The translations under genes and the position numbers were made by a program. From positions 1 through 61,998 of IMG/VR virus record IMGVR_UViG_3300030372_001090: 61,998 nucleotides of DNA; one strand, written 5' to 3'. Below are positions 55,598 to 61,998 of the stretch, piece after piece. The notes beneath the pieces were generated by a model. That model saw nothing but the letters and a program-made list of their open reading frames with translations. It made no database searches and was not told where the DNA came from. Position 1 is the first letter of the stretch, and the number at the start of each line of letters is the position of its first letter. The stretch is from a virus. Lineage: Duplodnaviria > Caudoviricetes.

Positions 55598-55765
55598 TTA
55601 ACAATTTACATAAGGTTCTAATTTTCCATTAAGTTGTTGTCTAACCACACCGCCAAAAGCATAAAAGCCATCGGCTGCTGGAATAGTTAATTTTTGATCG
55701 TCATATACTGCATAAGCAAAAGCAAAATTACTTCCGTCATGCCATTTGTTTACTGTTGTTGCCAT
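55598..55765 (-). CDS. Small protein (55 aa, MATTVNKWHDGSNFAFAYAVYDDQKLTIPAADGFY...)
   Basis: Not in the ORF track; fills the gap; loosely resembles the C-terminal domain of the 1641-aa protein. Confidence 0.7.
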   Translation of the reverse strand: MATTVNKWHDGSNFAFAYAVYDDQKLTIPAADGFYAFGGVVRQQLNGKLEPYVNC

Positions 55766-55775
55766 ATTTTAATTT

Positions 55776-58700
55776 TTAAGGACATGATAATATACTTGTT
55801 ACTATACCATTAGTATTTGATTGTATAAACATTATATCTCCATTTGATAAATAGTAATAACCAGAGTCTCCTTTTAAACCTTGATTACATGGTATAGAAG
55901 GATTTGGCCCTGCTGTTTTGAAAACCTTATCACCGACCTGAGGGAATGTAGCCGTTCCGTTATGGTGGTAACTTGTTCCTCTCATTGGAAGGCCTGCTCC
56001 TCCATTACAAGCATCAGCAAATAAAGCCTGTGGATCTGATGCAGAAAACGCAGTACAATTAGGAGTTGGAGCACAACCAATACATGCGTCAGTTGCATCT
56101 ATTGTGGAGTAGCACATATCTTCATTTCTTCTGTCCCTTAAATCCCAGACTAAATATAATGTTTTAGTATTAGCCCCAATAGTTATTGCTGAAGATGTTG
56201 CTGAATATATTTGATCTACATTGTTAGAGTCTGGATTAGAGCCAACAATAGGCCCTAAAGGCGTGTTTAGTAAAGCTAAATTAAAAGTAGATCCTGAACT
56301 AGCTGGTAAATTGTTATCAGGTATAACATAAAATCTATTTTCAGTATCGCTAAATACAAATGTGTCAGGTGGTATTTTATTAGAACGCATTGTTATTGTA
56401 GCACCATTAGGCGGGAACAATCCTAAAGATGATTGCCCACTAGCTATAGAGTAAGCACTTACATTATCAGTACCGCTAAAAGTTACTTGGTCTGATTGAG
56501 TTGGGCTTGTAATCTGTCCGTTACTCCAATTATATTCATAATGTATTGTTTGAGCACCTGTGCCTATCAATCCACTTATAGGCGAGCCTAAAACAACTCT
56601 TACAACATTCAAAGTTTGTGTTTCTACACATCTTGCAAATAAAGTATACGAAGATGCGGAGTTTGGAGTTACAGTTATTGTAGCTGTTTTTGGGAATGAC
56701 TTATTTTTGTTTATTGAAATAACTGTACTACTTGTTAAGTTATTATTAGTCGTAGTATTACCATCCCAAACAATTACCACATTTACATCCATAGATCCTC
56801 CACTTGGATTTATAGCTACTTCAAAATTACCAGTAGCACTTGTTACGTCTACTGTTATTGAAAGAGGCACAGTTGTATTGTTTTTATCAAGTCTTGCACC
56901 GCACTCTATGGTTTCTGTAGTCATAGGTATTGGCGTATTGTTTGTTGAAAAAACATACTCATCCATGTATGGATCATAACCTCCTAGCTTCTGTGTTGTA
57001 AGTTGATCAGCAAATTTATTTCTAAAATAAGAACGCATACCAGATGCTGATATAACCTCAAGGCTATCACTTTGTAGTCCAGCACCTGTTAATTTAATTA
57101 TCGCACCCCTTTTAGTATCACTAAAATACATATCTCTACCCCAACTTGCAAAACTTTCTGGATTGAAACTAATACCATACTCTTCTATTCTTGCTATCTG
57201 CTGCCCTAGTATTTCAGGAACTGATACTATGGCACCACCACCCGTTGAATCGCTAATTAAGTTTTTGTTTGCTAAAACATAAGATATTCTGTCCTCCTGT
57301 AAAACTAATATATCTGTTTGTCTAGAGTGTAATTTCATTATAGGCCCATAAATTGCTTCACAATCTTTAAAATTAACTAGACCTAAGTTAAACTCATTTA
57401 GATTGTTTATGTTGGTAGGGTCGTTAAATACTCCACTATAAGTCAATCCTGCAAATCTATCTTCTTCACGAAACAATGAATTACTAACGGCAGAAACTCT
57501 TTCACCTACTCTAAAAAAATTAGTAGTAGGTAAATCTCTGTATCTGAAACTTTCAATACCATTACCAAAAGTATAGCAGTCAGCAAAAGGTAAACTAACA
57601 ATAGCAGGGGTGTTTGTTGAAATTACTTGGTTTTGACTTATACTACTATTGTCGCCCATATGAGCTAAATCACCATTTACATCTGGTAAAATATTATACA
57701 TTTCTGAACTATCATAATAAAGGTCGGCATCTGCTATTTCTGGCTTTGTTTCAAAAGCCATTAAATTGTTGTTTTTATTTATTACTATATGTCCTTCAAC
57801 ATGGGCTGGCCTTTGATCTATTCCAGCACTTGTAGCACAAACAGTAAGTCTTACAACTAAAAACAATGTTGATGTTGGGTTTCCAGGAAATTGTTGTTCA
57901 AAGTAAAACTGTATTTTATCATTTGTTGCTGCTGGGTTTGAGTTTATAGTTGGAAAATATTGTGCTTCAATCTCTTTTTCTCCATCACTTCTCATAAAAG
58001 AAGCTGGATTTAATCCTTCTTGATCCCAAAAGTCTTTAAAGTCTGATGCTGCTGCTGATGCAATAACCTCGTACCTATAAGGAGCAGTCTCTACATTTAC
58101 ACTTTCTGTTCCATACCATGATCTACTTCTCCAACCTCTAAAAGTCATTTCTATTGCCGCACCTGCTGGTATGTCAATATTACTAACATTTCCAAGAGTA
58201 TCTGTTTCCGTTAAGGGTATTCTGATAAAAGGATCACAGCTAGTACCATCTACTGTGTTTTCTATAAATCCTGTGTCTACTATAGCACCGACAGCAGTAG
58301 ACGCTATAAAGTTTCTTGGCTGAATCTTCATGTATAAACCTGCTGGAGCTCCAGTAGGTAAATTTTCTTCGCCTGTTGAGCCGCCTCTAGATTTTGCTAC
58401 TACATCTAAAACTGTAGTTTCAACAAATGTATTTACTATGGTTCCGTTACTTTGTATTTTAACTGTTAATATATCTCCTTTGCTAACTATAGACCCTGCG
58501 TAGCCCTCTAGCCTTACCCATGATATACTAGAATTTAATTCGTCAGTAAAAATTGAATTTGAATATATTATATCATAATTTAATAAAGAAGGTTTTAACA
58601 AAAATTTATATTTTGTTGCCCAATGCGGTGGCTTGTTAAATATATGTGCGGTTATTGTATTTAAGTCTATAGAAGTAGATGCTGGAAAAAAAGCTGTATT

Positions 58701-60701
58701 GTTGGACGAAACTAAAACAGTAGTTGCTCTTCCGAAATCATCCATATACATAATTCCAGCTTCATAGTTTCTGTTACTATGCAAACTAAAAAAATCTTCT
58801 GAGTTTCTAATTCTAAAAGAAGAATCAGTAGTTTTTCCTCTAACTGGGTTAGTTAATGGGACAAGTTCAGTATAGGTGTATGCAAAAAACTCATATACTT
58901 TTGTTCCTGAACCTGTGTTTGATAAGTAATGAACTGAAGGAACTTGTAATACTAAAGTGTCATCAGTTATATTTGTTGTGGTAATCGCTTGTCTAAATCC
59001 GTCTTGCGTTGAAGTAGCCGTCCACAAACCTGCTGTTTCAAAATTAAACCCTGCGGGTGGTGTAATTCTACTATAAAACTGATCTGATAAAGAAAAGCCA
59101 TATTCACTTGGTGGTGTTGTTATTGGAGTAATTGTAGATCCTGCCGAACCTGGAGTTCCTGTTCCTACTGCTTCTGCTAATTCAACGCTAGTCAAAAAAG
59201 CATTGAAAGTATTATATGTATTTCTCGCTATTACTGTTGTTGTAATTTCTAATGGTGAGCCTAAAGAATTTGTTTTAAAAGATGAAGGAAAATCTGCGTT
59301 TCCTGTGTCTCCACTTAGAGCTTTTCGCCCCTGCACACCGACAGCATAAGCGGCTGTTGAAGTTATAGTTAGAGAAATATTTATTTGTGAAAACTTCTTT
59401 ATCGGCAACGGAACCTCTGCTTCTGTAAATACAAACTTTGCTGTAGATAAAGGAACAAATCCAGCAGCGTCTCCAAAAGGAATTGCTGGGTTTATATAAT
59501 TAAATGCACCTCTTTGTAAACCAAATGTAGTATCGGGAAATACTGCGGAGTTAACAATTCTATCTGATACTGGAAAAACCTCGTAATCTATAGGTATTTG
59601 TTGACCATCAGCCGTTTCTATATTATATTGTTCAACATAATTACCATATATAAGACGATTACCCATAATTGTTTGAGCCTTAGCAAATCTTGGTACATTA
59701 TCATATAACCTTAACAATTCATCACTTCCTAAAACTGTATATATTTTAGAGTTAGTAAACCTGAAAGTTTGTAGTTCATTATCTGACCACCCTAAATCAG
59801 CCTTGTCAAACCTTTCTATAACATTAATAGTATTTTTTGAAGATTCTTTAAATAACAATTCTATTGCAATAACTAATTCTCCACCTGTATTAAAAGTAAG
59901 ATCAACAGAATTAAAACTATTTTCCATTCCTGCATTGTAGTAATTACCAAATTCAAAAGAAAAAAGTCCAGGTTGAAAAGCTGGTCTTGTAAATAATGAT
60001 GTTGCACTATATTCATTGTCCTTATATTGATATCTATATGCAAAACAAATAAATTTATCTTTTAAATAATTTTCTTCACCTGCCACATTAGACAAGGCTA
60101 ATAAAGGTGCGGCTAATTCATATTCTGTAACACCTAAAGAAGTTGTGTATGAACTAAATCCAGGTGGTTTTACAATAACATTTAATTCTTCGGCTGTTAT
60201 TTGGTCTCCTGAAACATTAGGTTCAGGGTAGTTTCTGTTTATATTTATTTTTCTAGGAGGATTAAAATCATCTGTAAAAAACAATAAATCATCAAGTAAA
60301 TTTACACCTGTAATTAAAAACTGTGGATTAAAATTTAAAACTGATTCACTAATAACATGATAAGTTGTTGCCTGAGAAGTGGTATTAAAAGATAGTATCA
60401 TATCCACTTTTGTGGTTGCTGACATAGCCGAGCTAGGATCATGAACAAACCAATAAATATTTTCTTTTACCCCGTCTTCAAACGCACCTATACATTTGGC
60501 GTTAGCAGATAAAGTAACGCCTTCGTGTGATATATCAGTTAGTATTGTATTTCCTTTAGAGTTTTCAACTGCACCTATGTCTGTGTTTTCAGTTGATCCA
60601 AGTCTTACGTTAAGTGCGTCTATGTATTGTCCTACAGGTACCAAGCGTTCATCAACGCTTTTATTCATTTTACCTGCTATAAAATTAGTGTTAATATCCA
60701 T
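55776..60701 (-). CDS. Tail nozzle/stabilisation (muzzle-like) protein
   Basis: GKMNKSVDERLVP.GQYIDALN, LFFTDDFNPPRKIN, GNRLIYGNY, YGISFNPESFA, GGYDPY; beta-rich. Confidence 0.75.
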   Translation of the reverse strand: MDINTNFIAGKMNKSVDERLVPVGQYIDALNVRLGSTENTDIGAVENSKGNTILTDISHEGVTLSANAKCIGAFEDGVKENIYWFVHDPSSAMSATTKVDMILSFNTTSQATTYHVISESVLNFNPQFLITGVNLLDDLLFFTDDFNPPRKININRNYPEPNVSGDQITAEELNVIVKPPGFSSYTTSLGVTEYELAAPLLALSNVAGEENYLKDKFICFAYRYQYKDNEYSATSLFTRPAFQPGLFSFEFGNYYNAGMENSFNSVDLTFNTGGELVIAIELLFKESSKNTINVIERFDKADLGWSDNELQTFRFTNSKIYTVLGSDELLRLYDNVPRFAKAQTIMGNRLIYGNYVEQYNIETADGQQIPIDYEVFPVSDRIVNSAVFPDTTFGLQRGAFNYINPAIPFGDAAGFVPLSTAKFVFTEAEVPLPIKKFSQINISLTITSTAAYAVGVQGRKALSGDTGNADFPSSFKTNSLGSPLEITTTVIARNTYNTFNAFLTSVELAEAVGTGTPGSAGSTITPITTPPSEYGFSLSDQFYSRITPPAGFNFETAGLWTATSTQDGFRQAITTTNITDDTLVLQVPSVHYLSNTGSGTKVYEFFAYTYTELVPLTNPVRGKTTDSSFRIRNSEDFFSLHSNRNYEAGIMYMDDFGRATTVLVSSNNTAFFPASTSIDLNTITAHIFNKPPHWATKYKFLLKPSLLNYDIIYSNSIFTDELNSSISWVRLEGYAGSIVSKGDILTVKIQSNGTIVNTFVETTVLDVVAKSRGGSTGEENLPTGAPAGLYMKIQPRNFIASTAVGAIVDTGFIENTVDGTSCDPFIRIPLTETDTLGNVSNIDIPAGAAIEMTFRGWRSRSWYGTESVNVETAPYRYEVIASAAASDFKDFWDQEGLNPASFMRSDGEKEIEAQYFPTINSNPAATNDKIQFYFEQQFPGNPTSTLFLVVRLTVCATSAGIDQRPAHVEGHIVINKNNNLMAFETKPEIADADLYYDSSEMYNILPDVNGDLAHMGDNSSISQNQVISTNTPAIVSLPFADCYTFGNGIESFRYRDLPTTNFFRVGERVSAVSNSLFREEDRFAGLTYSGVFNDPTNINNLNEFNLGLVNFKDCEAIYGPIMKLHSRQTDILVLQEDRISYVLANKNLISDSTGGGAIVSVPEILGQQIARIEEYGISFNPESFASWGRDMYFSDTKRGAIIKLTGAGLQSDSLEVISASGMRSYFRNKFADQLTTQKLGGYDPYMDEYVFSTNNTPIPMTTETIECGARLDKNNTTVPLSITVDVTSATGNFEVAINPSGGSMDVNVVIVWDGNTTTNNNLTSSTVISINKNKSFPKTATITVTPNSASSYTLFARCVETQTLNVVRVVLGSPISGLIGTGAQTIHYEYNWSNGQITSPTQSDQVTFSGTDNVSAYSIASGQSSLGLFPPNGATITMRSNKIPPDTFVFSDTENRFYVIPDNNLPASSGSTFNLALLNTPLGPIVGSNPDSNNVDQIYSATSSAITIGANTKTLYLVWDLRDRRNEDMCYSTIDATDACIGCAPTPNCTAFSASDPQALFADACNGGAGLPMRGTSYHHNGTATFPQVGDKVFKTAGPNPSIPCNQGLKGDSGYYYLSNGDIMFIQSNTNGIVTSILSCP

Positions 60702-60702
60702 A

Positions 60703-61623
60703 CTACTTTATCCATTTACTCTGACCTCTCATATTCATCAGCAATCTACCTGGGTGCATATTACTTAATCTTAATTTAGCATTTCTTAATAAAGAAGACT
60801 TTTCTTTTCTTGCTCTATTAACAATATACTCTTGCACTCCGTACTTACTGTTAAGTAGTGAATATCTTATGTATGCGTATATAAATTCTTCAAATAATTT
60901 GTTTACATTAATTTGAGAATTGTCTCCATTTTTCATTCCATCAGAAACATATTCTAGCACTACAGACTTACCGCTCATATCTGAACTAAAATATATTGCT
61001 CCCTCTTGTTTGTTTATGGTAAAAACAGGATTTATATTTGCTGTTTCTGTGTTCAAACCAAATCTATCTCCTATCTGTCTTTCAAAATACCAACAACCAT
61101 CAATACAATGACCCATGCAGTTGTGAAAAGGGCCTTCTCCCAAATAAAGTTTTGCCATACCATCTCCCTGCCTTGATAAATCTACTTGAGAATTTTCAGG
61201 TTTTAGAACATTACCATTTATATCAAATAATATTTTAGCTTTATTATCTTGTAAGTACGCACTACTCCACATTGTCTGAATGTTTTCAGTCATAGGAAAT
61301 AACACGCCATCTCTATAATATGATATTCTAACATAGTTTACATAATCTTGAGGTAGGGTAAATCTAATTTGAGAATCTACAGTTAACTGAAGGATTTTTA
61401 TTTCCTTCATAGCATCGTAGTTTAGTTCTTGTATACCCCTTTTTGCATGAAACAAAACTTGATATCTCTCAACATTATTTAATATTTCGTTGTTGCCATT
61501 ATAAATAAGCATAAAGTTTGAAACTATGTCTTCCAAACTAACATACTGATACGAACCCCAATTTTTATCTACTGGTGATGCACCGTTATTTTCATAATAT
61601 TGATAATCAGTAATATATGCCAT
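60703..61623 (-). CDS. Tail ring/adaptor protein
   Basis: 306 aa, LPQDYVNYVRIS...LEYVSDG; directly upstream of the nozzle gene. Confidence 0.65.
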   Translation of the reverse strand: MAYITDYQYYENNGASPVDKNWGSYQYVSLEDIVSNFMLIYNGNNEILNNVERYQVLFHAKRGIQELNYDAMKEIKILQLTVDSQIRFTLPQDYVNYVRISYYRDGVLFPMTENIQTMWSSAYLQDNKAKILFDINGNVLKPENSQVDLSRQGDGMAKLYLGEGPFHNCMGHCIDGCWYFERQIGDRFGLNTETANINPVFTINKQEGAIYFSSDMSGKSVVLEYVSDGMKNGDNSQINVNKLFEEFIYAYIRYSLLNSKYGVQEYIVNRARKEKSSLLRNAKLRLSNMHPGRLLMNMRGQSKWIK

Positions 61624-61626
61624 ATG

Positions 61627-61998
61627 TTATACTTGTATTTGGTTTTCTTGTACTTCTTCGGTTGATCCAAAGTTGTAAACTTCACTTTCTCTAATCTCCA
61701 CACCTGCATATTGACAGATTTTTGCAATTAAGCCAGGTTCGTCTGATAATGGTAATTCAAAATCTTGATAGTCGGCTGCTGCTGCGTTAAATAAAGGTTC
61801 TCCTGCAACAATAGAATTAAATGTCCACTTAGGTGGTTTAGGATATCTAATATATTGAGTTTTAATTGTGCCTTCAGTCTGAATAGATGTGGGGTAAACT
61901 GTTATTGTGTTTCCATCTAAAACATATGCTGGGAACAAAGTAGATGGAGCAGTTAAAGTTGAGCTAGTCAAATAAAATAATTTGTTTTGACTTACTCT
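61627..61998 (-). CDS. C-terminal part of a tail ring/adaptor protein (open to the window end)
   Basis: Frame is open to 61998 (RVSQNKLFYLTSS...YIRYPKPPKW...DFELP); probably continues from ORF 1..277. Confidence 0.7.
   Translation of the reverse strand, partial: RVSQNKLFYLTSSTLTAPSTLFPAYVLDGNTITVYPTSIQTEGTIKTQYIRYPKPPKWTFNSIVAGEPLFNAAAADYQDFELPLSDEPGLIAKICQYAGVEIRESEVYNFGSTEEVQENQIQV

Noticed and set aside
131-61238. Numerous opposite-strand ORFs in the track (e.g. 2554..2892, 4372..4695, 18521..18865, 24539..25030, 28325..28633, 37955..38323, 50490..50885, 56560..56979)
   Set aside because: They are antisense shadows of well-supported genes, with biased composition and no leaders or promoters.
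1-61998. Exact circular junction or terminal repeat between the window ends
   Set aside because: No end overlap was seen, and direct joining gives a stop codon and a frame mismatch.
1-61998. tRNA genes, CRISPR array, integrase/att site, diversity-generating retroelement, stop-codon reassignment
   Set aside because: No cloverleaf, repeat-spacer array, recombinase or reverse transcriptase motifs were noticed by eye. Genes tile densely under the standard code with all three stops used.

Overview
The window is a near-complete, apparently circularly permuted ~62 kb dsDNA tailed-phage genome. It has a podovirus-like layout and is AT-rich. One ring/adaptor gene is split across the two window ends with a small gap. 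The host is very likely Bacteroidota (probably marine Flavobacteriia): TAnnTTTG promoter boxes precede most transcription units, leaders are A-rich without Shine-Dalgarno motifs, and there is a BT4734/VirE-N-type primase and a Q-rule signal peptide. The minus strand (1-30.3 kb and 45.3-62 kb) carries the late genes: capsid, scaffold, portal, terminase, three tail fibres, a LamG protein, lysis genes, a cluster of small very basic proteins, GroEL/GroES, ejection proteins and tail proteins. The plus strand (30.8-45.3 kb) carries small early genes, recombination and replication genes and a metallophosphoesterase. I recognised no DNA polymerase, RNA polymerase, integrase, tRNA or CRISPR. The strongest non-coding signals are: (1) a complete type I hammerhead ribozyme between two early genes (31928-31982); (2) a polarity-switching ACGG/CCGT motif centred at ~30630, next to a 142-nt A-free tract; (3) helically phased iteron-like repeats at 29.9 kb; (4) several structured intergenic RNA candidates. 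Other points of interest are a tandem GroES-like gene beside the terminase, a phage-encoded outer-membrane beta-barrel, and a candidate -1 frameshift in the giant virion protein. All family assignments come from motif recognition by eye; no searches were run.
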